60,546 bases of DNA, filler included, from Basidiobolus meristosporus CBS 931.73 (GCA_002104905.1; 3 parts of 3 records of this genome joined end to end with filler, not necessarily neighbours in it); one strand, 5' to 3'; numbered from the whole stretch's first letter, positions 37,225 to 50,104 are shown. Numbers and translations: made by a program. The notes: generated by a model not told the origin, from the sequence alone.

Positions 37225-37743
37225 ATGCCTAGTTCAGCTGCTCGCACACTTCTATGGGTACCGTATTTATTAGTGCTCCTGGCTATGGTAGACGCTTTAA
37301 TTCTAAAAGTGGCTTACAATGATGGAAAGGAGGTGGATCAAGGGAATGAGCTCCTGATCTCTGAAACCCAAACCCAGCCTCAAGTGTCTTTTGACGGGCT
37401 TAGTGATAAGCTGTACACATTGATCATGGCGGATCCCGATGTTCCTTCTCGAGCAAACCCTACTTTGAGAGAGTTCAGGCATTGGGTGGTGGGAAACATC
37501 CATAGCGATGACATAGACAAAGGAGACATCGTCACCAGCTATATGGGTCCTGCCACTCCACCGAAGACTGGGTATCATAGATACCAGTTTATGCTCTACG
37601 AACAGCCGGGACCCATCAACTACGAGAAACTTCCAGAGGAGAAATCCCAGCGTCTTCATTTCAACTCCGAAGCCTTTGTCAAAGAGAACCAGCTGGAGCT
37701 GGTCGCCTCGAACTATTTCGTTGCCGAGAACAAGGCCCAGTAA
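37225..37743 (+). CDS. Phosphatidylethanolamine-binding protein (PEBP) with signal peptide
   Basis: DPDVPSR, FRHWVVGNI and GYHRY signatures; hydrophobic N-terminus ending MVDA; intronless. Confidence 0.92.
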   Translation: MPSSAARTLLWVPYLLVLLAMVDALILKVAYNDGKEVDQGNELLISETQTQPQVSFDGLSDKLYTLIMADPDVPSRANPTLREFRHWVVGNIHSDDIDKGDIVTSYMGPATPPKTGYHRYQFMLYEQPGPINYEKLPEEKSQRLHFNSEAFVKENQLELVASNYFVAENKAQ

Positions 37744-38776
37744 CAGATCGGAGTGGTGTTGTCAATAAAGTGAATAAGGTCCTGGTTAACCTGACGTTCA
37801 TGGATTCGCTGAGCCTACCTTGTATTGATTTTGTTTACCAAATTAAAGAGATATCTGATTAATAGCCGATCCATATTCGCCTGAAAGTTCCCAAATCCAT
37901 GGCGCCTTTATATCTAGGCACCGAGTGCTGGGTTGCCCTCTCAATGGAGGTAGGGTTCACTCCCGCCATCCGTTAGAATGTTCAATCAATCAGCAGTAGG
38001 CCTTGAGCCCGAGGTATTCGAATCTCCGTTTTCATGTGAGATTGAAGAATGGTTTTCGCTAATAGAATTTGGCATCAATTGGTGACACCATAGTTGTGAA
38101 TATTTTCCTTCGGAACGATGGAGTCCGGCAAGTCTGACCTTGGAGGACAAGGAGATTTGTTGATGCGGTTGGTAGTCACAGAGATGGATACATCGGCCCA
38201 GTACACAAGTCCGGACTTCCGATAAATCTAACTGGAGGTACATATGCATGCACATCGTGTGTTCGTATGTGCCAATTGTGCCACAACTCTGCACCATATC
38301 AGCTCTTGTTCAGTCCAAAATAGTGGTTGCCAACGGAGCGCAACAAGCATGTCCTTACAGAAGTAACCAACACCTAACTCGTCGGTGCGCGTGCTTACAT
38401 TGATCGATGCGATGGACCGCCAGACATGGATATGCCTATAGCCAAGACTCACACACAGGAACACAATGCCAACGCTTCTCAGGCTCCGACCTTTCCGGGC
38501 GGGTCGAGGGGTAAGGCCGTTCTCTGACTACATCGTCACCAATAGGACCAAGGGTTGCTGATCTGGGACTACTCCATCTTTATTCGTTGAATAAGACAGA
38601 AAACTACTACGTTCTATGATTTATACGATACAGAGAATTTCGAAGGAACGTATGGGTTGGATGGTATCAAGTGGCCTTAAATAAAGTACAAACGACTAAC
38701 TAGGAGGTGGCGAGGGGGATGACTGGAAATGCGAGACACCAAGGGGGGATTGGATAGTGAGAGGGCCATCATGAAT

Positions 38777-39532
38777 TTACAGTCTCTTGAGGGTCTTCTT
38801 TTTCTTGTCGGTCTTCTTTTCTACCTTCTTGACCGTTTCGGTGCTGACTGGGGCCGCAGGCTCATCACCCTTCTTTGCGTGGATGCTGGTCATCAATTTG
38901 GCGTGTTTGGCGTAATCGTCGTATCTTTCCAGGAGTAGCTTTCCCGCTTCCTCATTTAACGCGGACTCCGGGTTGGGATAAATCAACAGGCATTTCACGG
39001 TGAGCAAGATGTGGGCGATACCATGGTCTGGGTTCCAGTCCTTTTTCAAGGTATTGACACACACCTCCCCAGTGCTCGATACATTGGGATGGAAGATTTT
39101 GGTTTGGAAATAGCCTACACGGACAAGTCAGTTTAGCAAGCGTCTCGACCATTCAGTACTGCAGCCTGTCTACATACATTTGGGCGGGGTATTGGGAAAG
39201 TCGGGGCTCATGATTAGTTTGACTCTGAAATGTCCCTTTTCGTAGGGCGTTCCCTCTGTGAAATTGTTGCCATTGTTAAGCTGTTGCCGAGCAATGAGGG
39301 AGGTTTAGCAAGGTTTAAATACCTGGACCATATATCCAGGCCTGAACATCGCAGATGTTGTCGTCATTCACAATGAGCTTGATGCCCTCCAAAGGCGTTG
39401 TCTGAATGGTTTGGATTTCTTTTGAGAGTCGCTTGATGGCGGCGGGAGAGATATATTCAGCGGATAACTTGGATAGTGAACAGCCGTTGAGCAGGTGAGG
39501 ATTCTAAGCAACATAAAGGTGATAATTACCAT
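38777..39532 (-). CDS. UBE2S: Ubiquitin-conjugating enzyme E2 S
   Basis: Exons 39530-39532, 39323-39467, 39178-39255 and 38777-39114 total 564 nt in frame; [43 protein letters not shown]; basic tail KKKTLKRL. Confidence 0.92.
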
Positions 39533-42296
39533 GATAAAGACCTTCGAGGTGGAATCCAGGTGCTCGTCGTCAAAGACACTGAGAACCAGTGTGCCTCCCC
39601 TCCCTTTTTGTAAGTCTGGTTGAGTCAAAACAAAACAAACTGAGGATTTTTCTGTAACATTCAATCATCCAATCATCTGGGCGGGTTTGGGAACGGAATT
39701 GCAATAAACAAACATTCGGACCCATGTTGGCTCAGTCCTAGGGATTTTACTGCCGGCCAGCACGTCCCTTGTTACTCTACCTCTCAATCTCGATGGAAAT
39801 GAATGTTGCTGCCTATTCAGTGCTTAGCAGTGAATACAGTGAACCTGGAACTCGGAGCATAGCCATTCCTTATCCCAGTCTATGAACCACCACCCAATTC
39901 TCCCCGGAAAGCATGGCCCCAGAACACAATGCTCTGTGCATACAATTTGACTGCTTTATTCCGGCAACAGTATTCAGGGTATGTCACCCGCCTCGCATTG
40001 TCCCAGCTGCCTTGTGCATTCAACTCACATCAAGTAGTCTTATTGGCAGCAACTAAGTGGATGCTTACAACTCGCGACCGGCTGGTGTGGCCGCGAAGCA
40101 CTCTCATATACATAGTAGCTTGGCGCACTTGATTGTGAACCAGGTGAAGGTGCCATCCGATGTGTAGATCACTAAACACAACCTAAGAGCGGTCCCCAAA
40201 AGGCACATTGAGCACCGTCCTTTCGGCAAGATCCTTTCATTTGGTAGCACCGCTTAATCAGCCCTTCCCCACGAAGTCCGATACACCTAACCGGGATTTC
40301 AAAAAATCACCGATCCATGGCTACAAATGATGAACTACTCGAGATCAACTGCAGCAGCGTTCACATGGCTGTGCTCAACTCTGGTGACCTGCATGACTGA
40401 AATTCAAATATGATGATTCACATGAGCCTTGACTGTGTTTGGGTTGATATCGAAATTGCCCCGCTGTAGAAAGTCGTCAGCGATATGGCAGGTTGAAACG
40501 GTCATAGTTGGATCCGCCTGTCTTGTACCCTTTGGTGGTTTGATGACAAGGGTGCTTATGAGCTCAGGTTTTAGACAGCGGCCTAGGGATGTCGAGCCAT
40601 GTGCTGATACAGCAAGGTACAGTGAGACACTCTACCTAGAGGCATCGTCCATTTTTGTATGGCAAGTAGAGCAGCAGCACACCATAGTCCGTTTTCCTAG
40701 TGTTGAGGCGCAGGCCGATAGGATCTATTCTACGCATAGTGTTTGTCGAGTACCCATCAAAGGCCGAGTATGCCTGCTTGTCACTCTCGAGGACACGTCC
40801 AGAAAAGGGAATACAGTGGTATGTTCCCGTCGAGATTTTGGGGCTTGCTCATCCGCCCTGCCCTACAATCGTCATGAGCACTGCTGGCAACTCTAGGGCT
40901 TGACTGAACCTATCGTAGAGTGACGTAGTCCTCGAAAGACAAGGATTCACTGATATCAACCTCCATCCGTTCATTGGACAACACTCCAACACCTTATTTG
41001 ATGGAAGCCAGGAAGCAAGTCATCACCAAGTGCCAAAATCACTTTCCAGCCATAAGCCAATTCTATTTGCTGGCGCCGTTTCACCGACAGAGCATGAGAA
41101 ACTTGAAACCTCTTGTTGGGTCTGATTCATCAGATAAGCAAAGCAGTATGCCAGCACCGAAGTCGAACAGCGCGGGAAAGCTGTTCACTACCCCACGAGG
41201 GACTGCGCACACGAGGCTCGTTGAGGGTGCCTTCAACAGCAGGGAACTCCACTACAGCTAGACCGTTGCAGCTCCAGCTTCAGCTCATTAAATATCTCAC
41301 ATATGCCGTAGTGGTCTGTCGGGGTAGCTGCAAAACCCCACACACCAGAGGAAGCACAGGGAATCCTGCAAACGTGGATTCAGGAATGTTGATTAAGTAG
41401 ACGCGGTATGAGCGCTCCGACCCTGCTTGGGCAGCAAACCGAGCGTTTGTTATTTGTCATGGCCAGCGGCTCGTATCATAATCCCCAGCCCAAGCAAGCA
41501 CAGGGAAACCAAGCTACGAGAATCGTGTCCCGCACTCATATCTGATGTGCGAAGATCAATTTTGTTCCTTCATCAGGACTGAATGATGCGGACCCTCTGC
41601 ATGTGTATGGGACCTGCACAACCAACTAGCAGACCTCCATCTGGTGCTAAATGAATCATCAGCAATCCTCAATCCACCAATATGGCATTGGGTTGAACGA
41701 AGTTGGGCATCGGATCACGGACAGATCTCACTCTTGACCAATCGAGATCGAGGACGTTGCTTAGCAACTGTGTACGTGTATAGGACTGACACAAAGTTTG
41801 TTAAAGTTCTGAGCGATACCAGCTACGGCATTTTCTATTCCCGCCTGCATTGTAGCATCCTCGAACACCTAAAGCAGTCTACGGAATCCATTGAGAGTCG
41901 ACCGAATTTAGATTCGGCTCATCTCAGGGTGGAAAATTTTGCTCACTTCCAAACTGGACTGACTTTAAGACACCCAAAACACTTGATTCTGTGCTTGGAG
42001 AAATTGCTTAATTTGCCCATGGCCATCCATATTTGTCAGACCAATTTAAATTTAGCAGGTGAGCCTGCCCTGGACACACCACGGCCTACCGCGAGTAAGA
42101 TCAACATATATATTGAGCGGAGATTCGGTGTGGACTGGCTGATCTTAAAACTTCGCACTCTCGCACAATTCCTTTCCTACCTTTCCAACTTGTAACCCCG
42201 GTTTGGCGTACTCTTTCTCTTTCGTCTTCTAGCTGTTGATACTTTTTTGGGGATTCTAAGCTATTCTTTCCATTTACTGGCTACTCTCTACGTCTC

Positions 42297-42674
42297 ATGT
42301 ATAACTCCACCCGTACCCACCCAGTCCTTCCTCCCTTCGGCGTGTTCAAAGTTTCTGAGGGTTCTTCAGCGCCTTCTAATCAATACATGGTCCAGTCGGT
42401 GGAGGCCCACCATAGCGCCATGTTTCATCCGGGTGCCGTTGGAATGGGGATTAGCCTGGCTGCCCAACAATCCATGCAGCAGGTGAACAGTGGAGGCTAT
42501 GAGTACCCTCCTTTAAGATTGCCTCTACACCCACAAAGGTCGGGCCCTGAAGTGAGGGAACATGAACTCTTCGACAAAGCGTCAGACAGAAGAGGCCTTT
42601 ACCAGGACGACGAGAATGAAGTTGTTTATCAGGTAGCTTCTTTGTTATCCCGCTTCGCTATCTCCCATTACTAA
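42297..42674 (+). CDS. Hypothetical 125-aa low-complexity protein
   Basis: True ATG after a pyrimidine-rich upstream tract; protein-like composition; no family recognised. Confidence 0.35.
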   Translation: MYNSTRTHPVLPPFGVFKVSEGSSAPSNQYMVQSVEAHHSAMFHPGAVGMGISLAAQQSMQQVNSGGYEYPPLRLPLHPQRSGPEVREHELFDKASDRRGLYQDDENEVVYQVASLLSRFAISHY

Positions 42675-43929
42675 ATCCGGTTTTCTAGGCGGCCAGGATC
42701 TTGATTAGCCTGTCCTCGAGCTAACTTCCTTGTCGGGTTAGCACCTAACCACTTACACTTTGCACTGGAGAGCAACACCGACCTTAGCTATTGACCATGA
42801 TCTGCCCAACAACATAACTATCAAAACAAAAACAAAAAGTGCAGACTTGCAAGTCTCTTATGTATATATTATCCCTGTATCCTATAGTCATTATCTTCAC
42901 AAGGATTATACACATTGTTGTGCTGTTCCCCCCTCCCCCCGTTCGTAAGTCTATATCTCTTTAAATTGGCATTAGTTCTATATTTACCATCATTGAGTAC
43001 ACATGGATTTATTCAGCATGAGTCATTGATGGTATTATCTTCTCTTGATGTTGCCCCACAACACTTGACTTCCCAAGAAGAACCAAATAAAAGGTTCTCC
43101 CCTATTTGCATTCCCAAAGCACGACTGGTGACGAGATTTCGAAGCAACATGGGAACGGTAATCTTCCCAATACGAACCATGTGTGTCGAGTATGGATATG
43201 GGCCATTGTGGGCTGGGTGTAAGAACCATTCAAGCCGCCTCTGTTTCCATAGTAGCCGTGTCCTGGCTCAACACCCAACATCAACGACTTCCAAATCTGT
43301 GTGCCCAAAGAGTTGTAGTCAGCACATGAGCTGCGTCGCATGAGGGTCAAGTACCCAATGATTTCCAATGGATTAGCTGATTTCGATTTTGAGGGAGGTG
43401 ACTCCCCACGCCATGATGATTGGTCGAGGCGGTGCACCCTACTCAATCGGTGCTTCGGAAGCTTGGTGTCGACCCATCTATCCGGTAATGTGAAACGGGG
43501 TAACTATTCCAAATCCGAGATTCGAAAGTTGATTTTGGCATTCCAAATTGATTGGGATGGTCGGAAAGGGTTCCAGCCGAATATATTAGGCATCCAGATA
43601 GCGGTTGGACATCAAGAGGGCCCAACGTCGGTTAGTTTCATGGAGAGTGATATATAAGGATAGACAGTTCAGTCCACCACAGTTACGGCATGGAAAGAGA
43701 CATCTCAGGTTGTTGGTCAGTGTGGATTTTATTCAGTGATCAAAGCAAAACTAGGTGATAAGTGGATGAGCCAAGATGGGATTGTCGTCACCAACTGGTC
43801 GTAGCCTTCCAAATGCCGAGTCGGCCTTTCAAGTTAGCAGGTTAAGAGCATACATGTGATTCAGTGAGAGGGGAGGCACCATTCGCACCCAACCTAACTC
43901 CCACACTCCCACTCGCGCTCACCCTATCC

Positions 43930-44328
43930 TTAGTCAAAGATGTTCTTCAGCTTGAACGAGTTCGAGTCGAGAAGGCACTTTTGGTTGTCGCTGGTCGAGG
44001 CACCGACTTGGAAGTGGTAATTGCCGGTGGGGACATCCAACGGCAAGGTGAAGTCGACGGAGCCCCAGGTGTCAGCGGGCTTGTTGGGAGTTACAAAGAC
44101 CTCGTTGTAGGTGTTGTCATTGCTCACCAGGGCGATGGTGGTAACGGTCTTGACCTTTGAGGCGCCGGTATCCCAGGAGATTCCCTGGTTGGTTCCGGTG
44201 TTCCAGGTGAGTCCTGGGATGTTGGGGGGCGAGGTGAGTCTCCAACCCTTGCAGCTGGATGGCACTGGAGCAGCCTGAGTGGTGAGAGCGGCGGCGAGGG
44301 CAAGAAGAGCGGTGTTGGCGATGTACAT
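43930..44328 (-). CDS. Small secreted protein (132 aa), Kre9/Knh1-N-like Ig-fold (Ser-Thr-rich GPI family domain) without tail; left copy
   Basis: Signal peptide MYIANTALLALAAALTTQA; LTSP..W..G..ISW..G..F.LP..VP.G.Y..S..F pattern; 2 Cys; TATAAAA ~60 bp upstream. Confidence 0.85.
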   Translation of the reverse strand: MYIANTALLALAAALTTQAAPVPSSCKGWRLTSPPNIPGLTWNTGTNQGISWDTGASKVKTVTTIALVSNDNTYNEVFVTPNKPADTWGSVDFTLPLDVPTGNYHFQVGASTSDNQKCLLDSNSFKLKNIFD

Positions 44329-45127
44329 GTTAAAGAGATATCGAAGAGTGGATGCTTATTGGGATGAGGGTGACGGGGAGTGCTTTTATAGGTGAGAGGA
44401 GTAAGACAAGGCAAGGCGGAGATGGCGCATTGGTAAATGCGAGAGGCTCGGAGTATACGAGGAAAAGAGCAGGAATGGCCAGTGGGCTCAACCTAACGTG
44501 CGTAATGACAGGTAGGTTAGGCAGCGAATACAGTCAATGCGTGCATTAGACAACACTCGACTTTCAACTTTACTGCGTGTAACGTAAGTGGCGTCAAGTT
44601 GAAGATCAGTGATGGTAGAGGAAGGATTTGGAAACACTCCTTGGTAGTCATAGTGTTACACATCCTACCAGCTTGGTGACTTTCCAGGTTTGAAACCCAC
44701 CAAGCGGCCAGTTCAAGTTAAAAATATCAGTGCTTCTGGATATGAATAGATATTGTGAAACAGATCTTCGTCATGCTACCTTTAGTCTTTTTAATATGAA
44801 TTAAAATAGGCATGATCAACATCCGTAGTTCATTAGAAAATAAAGCAGTATCATCCTCATAGCGCCACTAATGTTACACTCCGTAAAGTTGAAAGTCAAG
44901 TGTTGTCTAATGCACGCATTGACTGTATTCGCTGCCTAACCTACCTGCCATTACGCACGTTAGGTTGAGCCCACTGGTCATTCCTGCTCTTTTCCTCGTA
45001 TACTCCGAGCCTCTCGCATTTACCAATGCGCCATCTCCGCCTTGCCTTGTCTTACTCCTCTCACCTATAAAAGCACTCCCCGTCACCCTCATCCCAATAA
45101 GCATCCACTCTTCGATATCTCTTTAAC

Positions 45128-45526
45128 ATGTACATCGCCAACACCGCTCTTCTTGCCCTCGCCGCCGCTCTCACCACTCAGGCTGCTCCAGTGCCATCCA
45201 GCTGCAAGGGTTGGAGACTCACCTCGCCCCCCAACATCCCAGGACTCACCTGGAACACCGGAACCAACCAGGGAATCTCCTGGGATACCGGCGCCTCAAA
45301 GGTCAAGACCGTTACCACCATCGCCCTGGTGAGCAATGACAACACCTACAACGAGGTCTTTGTAACTCCCAACAAGCCCGCTGACACCTGGGGCTCCGTC
45401 GACTTCACCTTGCCGTTGGATGTCCCCACCGGCAATTACCACTTCCAAGTCGGTGCCTCGACCAGCGACAACCAAAAGTGCCTTCTCGACTCGAACTCGT
45501 TCAAGCTGAAGAACATCTTTGACTAA
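45128..45526 (+). CDS. Identical small secreted protein; right copy
   Basis: Same 132 aa as 43930-44328; TATAAAA ~45066; AATAAA ~45723. Confidence 0.85.
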   Translation: MYIANTALLALAAALTTQAAPVPSSCKGWRLTSPPNIPGLTWNTGTNQGISWDTGASKVKTVTTIALVSNDNTYNEVFVTPNKPADTWGSVDFTLPLDVPTGNYHFQVGASTSDNQKCLLDSNSFKLKNIFD

Positions 45527-46221
45527 GGATAGGGTGAGCGCGAGTGGGAGTGTGGGAGTTAGGTTGGGTGCGAATGGTGCCTCCCCTCTCACTGAATCAC
45601 ATGTATGCTCTTAACCTGCTAACTTGAAAGGCCGACTCGGCATTTGGAAGGCTACGACCAGTTGGTGACGACAATCCCATCTTGGCTCATCCACTTATCA
45701 CCTAGTTTTGCTTTGATCACTGAATAAAATCCACACTGACCAACAACCTGAGGTTACTCCTTCAATACCTTGTGTTAAACCTGACTAATACAATTCAATG
45801 CCCAAGTGGCTATTACTTTCTTTGGTAGCACTACCACATGCCGTACACGAAAACGGCCCAAATTTCGCGCATCATCCAGCGGCAGCCCTTTTCTTGTCCG
45901 CTCCACTCGGGTATTTAGCTATCAGGCCCATAGTTGCCTGTCCAGGGATGGTCATCATCACCTCCATCAAGGCCAGAGTCTGAAATAGAATCGGCAATAT
46001 CGACCGGTGGGAGACCTCTTTCAGCTGAGCATCACCCAGGCCCTTCCCGATTTCAAAATGCACCGAAAACGAATCAGGCTGATACCAGAATAGAGAGTGG
46101 CGTTTATTATAGAATGTTGAGGTTGTGGATCCTCCGATTTGGGAAGATTGTCATGTTACAATATCTCGAGTATTTTGGAACGGAAATGGATGATTAGGAA
46201 ACGATTAAAATACACAGAAGA

Positions 46222-47556
46222 TTATAATTGATCATAGTTGACGGCAGGAAGGATCTTGCCTACGCAATCACCGAATCCAACAATGTATCCATCACCTTGG
46301 CAGAATCCGGTCATCAGCACCTCGTCACCATCCTCGATGAACTTGCGCTTGATACCTCCGAGATCCAACTCCTTTTGTCCAGACCAGGTGAGCTCCAAAA
46401 GGGAGCCGAAGGAATCTTCGGTAGGTCCTGAGATGGTACCACTGCCGCAGAGATCTCCCGTGCGCATGTTACATCCGTTCACCGCATGGTGGGTGAGCTG
46501 TTGCTTGAATGACCAGTACATGTACTTCAAATTGGAGCGGGTGACGGTATGGTACTCGGAACCACCGCTGGGTTTGATTTGAACCTCAAGGTTGATGTCA
46601 TATCCGGCCTTCTCATTGTCCTTAAGGTAAGGCAATGGCTGGGGCTCTTGCTTGGGTTGCTCAACCAAGAAGGGCTCCAATGCCTCGAGTGAGACCACCC
46701 AAGGAGAGATGGTAGTACCGAAGTTCTTTCCGAGGAAAGGTCCCAAGGGGACGTATTCCCATGATTGAATATCACGAGCGCTCCAGTCATTCATCACGAC
46801 TACACCGAAAATGTGATCCTTGGCAGAGCGCAGAGAAATAGGCTCTCCAAGCTGGTTACCAGTGCCAACCAAGAACGCCATCTCCAACTCGTAGTCCAAA
46901 CGAACTGATGGTCCGAAAACAGGTGGTTCACCCTTAACAGCAACTCTCTGGCCGTTGGGACGAACAAGGTCAGTGCCGGAGACGACGACGCTGGAGGCTC
47001 GGCCGTGGTATCCAACAGGGAGATGAGTCCAGTTAGGCATGAGGGCATTTTCCTTTCCACGGAACATGATCCCAACGTTGGTAGCATGCTCCTTGGAAGC
47101 GTAGAAATCGGTGTAATCACCGATCTCGGCTGGGAGATGCATCTTGGCAGCGCTTTGCGCGACGAATGCCTTGGCCCTCAACTCAGCATTGTCACGAAGA
47201 GTGGCATTGTCGGCAGACAAGAGGCTTTGAAGGGCTTTACGGACCGCGGACCAGACAGGCTTTCCGAGGCTCATGTACTGGTTCAAAGTGGATTGAGAGA
47301 AAACTTCTTTGGCGTTAAGTCCAGAAACACCATCGAGGAGTCCGGCCTCAGCGACAACACTCAAGTCCACAATTTGATCACCAATGGCGACACCAACTCT
47401 GGGTGAAGTCTGCGAAAATTCAAGGTTTAGTAAACTGGGCCTGAGAACACTCTACTTTCCGCATGAGGAAGCTACCTTTTCAGCGGTGGAGAACACACCG
47501 AATGGTAAGTTTTGAATAGGGAAATGAGAGTCGGTGGAAACGTTGATGAAAGACAT
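46222..47556 (-). CDS. FAH: Fumarylacetoacetase (422 aa)
   Basis: Exon 1 47476-47556 ([15 protein letters not shown]); intron 47410-47475; [54 protein letters not shown]. Confidence 0.97.
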
Positions 47557-49379
47557 TTTGGTATGAATGAAGCTGGTGACGATTGTAATGGCCTGGGGCG
47601 AATCAATTTATATCCAACCTAAGCCTCTCAAACGGTTGGAAAGCGTGGGAGACATCCTGATGGGCCATGGCAATTGGCTTATTTGCAGTGATAATGTCAC
47701 TTTCAGATTACGGAATTTCGTGTGTAACAAAAAGCTCTAACCTATTTCAAGGGAGTGCCGAACCGCGATGTCCGAAGTCGATCTCGGCGGATGCCGATTC
47801 AGCGCCCAGTAGCCAAACACCGGCCAATGTGATGGATCATTGTGACCCATCTGTCGAAAATTGGGACCCTATTCCTCCATCATTTTCCCACAATACGAAA
47901 TGAACTTGGGACAACTGCGAATGGGAAGGCGATTGGCCATCACAGTCTCACGTATTCATAGCACTTGCATACCTCTAAGCATTGGATGCGTCATGAGCCC
48001 CGTGACGTGATGAAATGAGCCGGTAGTCCCTACTGTTGACATTTTTTCTCATGCACGCTATCTTCTTCGTCGCACAGAGGCCGATTTCTCTTCCCCAGAA
48101 AACGAGGCTGGCGAGGCACCGTAACTCTCAGGAAAGGGATACACCCTATATGGACGGAATATTCTCACTTGCCTCAACTAATATGGTAATCGTGCCAACC
48201 ATCTTATCAATCATGGCTGCCTACGAAGCCCCGTATAGCGAACGTCAAGTTGGGCAAAATCCATGGGATCCCTAGAATTTCCCTCTCCAGAAACAGATGG
48301 AAAATGCTCAACTTCCTGTCTATTCTAATCGTTGTGTCGATGGTGCCAACGCATTTCACACGTCCAGCACCTTGCATCAACTGGTGCTGCCAGTCTTCTA
48401 CGTGACAATCAATTATCACAGCAATGTAAATAAGCCCTACTGCGATGCGGCTCGTAGAGGACGTGTAACATATGCTCCTCGAGGGGGAGAGGGGTTGTTG
48501 GAGAGGGCGTTGTAAAGAGGTGCTAGGCATTCGTTATACTTGCACCTTGACCAGTCTTTCACTCAATCAATCATATGGTTTTGTCCTTGGTCAGTTGCTT
48601 TCAAAATCCATCCCATCGGATCTTTCTGTCAATTCTTCAGCAGGGTGAAAGTAATGAACAGGTGGGGGTTTCCAAAGTTACCCGAATCCTCCCATAATTC
48701 GCCCACCTCTTTCCATGGCCTTCTACAGCCCGCTCCTCTGGTCAGCTTACGAAGGTTGCCTTTCTACAGAAGTCGACCGGTGAGAATCGTACTTCCAATT
48801 AACTCCGTGGCACCTCCAAGCCGCCATTGTCGGAGATCCTCGGATAATTCCAGGTGGCATGCTTGTGAAAGACCCTTGGGATATGTCTCCTACCACTGAT
48901 ATAATGGTGTATGCATTGTTCTAAGCCAAAACCATTCACACCCATGCCTTGCAGGAATTTAAAGCTATTTTTTCGTTAGAACATGGGGACGTGGCAGAGA
49001 GTTTATATACTCTACAGTTACATGTGCAAAGTTAGATGTCTATACTTCCCTTGATGAAATCACCGGGGAAAATACGATTTGCGATCGTAGGCGAGGTGGA
49101 ACACGAACACTAGTTCATATAAAGTGTCAGGCATATTAGAGAGAACGGATGAACTCCAGGTTCGAAATCCTCACTAAGGCAGTATGCTTTCAAACCCAGT
49201 CAGATTCCGGATGGCTTCCCTCCATTTGGTATGGTATCCGGGTGAGGAATCACGCACTTCACCGCCTGAAGTTTCAGAGATTGGGGTGCCTTATCAACAT
49301 ACTTTACAATTGTCAGCGCACGCTTGGCTCAGTTCTACTTCAAGTATACTTACTGTTGTGATGGTTTAGTTTAGGCCTA

Positions 49380-49685
49380 AATCATTCATATGTCCAATGT
49401 TTCTATTTAGCTTGTTGCTAAATTATGAATTATTTTTTGCTGGTATTCAGTTGGTGCTTTGAGTCCAAATTTTCAGTTGCAATTTTTGATGGAAGTAGTG
49501 GGCAGCTAATCACCAAATTTGGTATGAATCCTGGTTGGCCTAGTCTCCTTTTGGAAAATATGTCTGCTTGTCTGCCCAACTGCTAGTACATGAGATAATG
49601 ATAGTTGTCAGATTTGAGAAACTTGGAATTCAGCTGATTTTATGATGGTATTCTGCTGGCCTTTTCTTAATTTTTTTTCTTAGGG
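49380..49685 (-). repeat. Fragment of the ORF-X repeat spanning the 'empty site' of the copia A insertion
   Basis: Joins sequence like 2030-2146 directly to sequence like 7900-8010, with a single GTCTG at 49570-49574. Confidence 0.75.
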
Positions 49686-50104
49686 AGTCACTTGGATCAT
49701 TACCTACAAATCTTAGAGAATACTGACTAATTTCCTGGCTAGGATCTACTCAGAAAACATTAACCAAAATATCAGACACCCAGAACTTGAAAACTTACAA
49801 AGCTGTCTAAGTAGCACTAAGCTTTGCACATCTGTTCTTGGGACTTTACTAAGCATATTCACTGTGTTTATCTTGCCAAGACCATGTAAAAGTACATATA
49901 CCACTTTTGCATACAAAAAATCATTAAGTGCAACCCACATAATCAACTTGCTCTCCAATCACTTCCAATATCTCCAAAACTCTTATAGCAGATTATGAAC
50001 CCTTAGCTGTCACTCTCTGCAATGTCTACTATTGTTATTACAGGAATTTTTCCCTTTGCTGAGCAGTTGCACGGATCTAATTATCAAGTCTGGAAGGTGA
50101 AGAT

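Larger units (their letters stand above)
43704..45752. repeat. Inverted repeat: arms 43704-44593 and 44863-45752 (890 bp each), 269-bp spacer
   Basis: The arms are reverse complements; 7 mismatches seen, all in the inner ~120 bp. Confidence 0.97.

Noticed and set aside
29536-39532. Apparent ubiquitin/membrane-traffic cluster (FAP1-like, arrestin, C2, UBE2S)
   Set aside because: These are common gene classes with no shared pathway or shared regulatory motif evident; probably coincidence.
39929-42195. ORFs of 155 and 183 aa and others upstream of UBE2S
   Set aside because: Mostly non-ATG starts, random-like composition, no family match.
44124-44549. Duplicated overlapping ORFs (98, 96 and 65 aa) in the palindrome
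   Set aside because: Shadow frames of the 132-aa gene or its promoter, duplicated passively.
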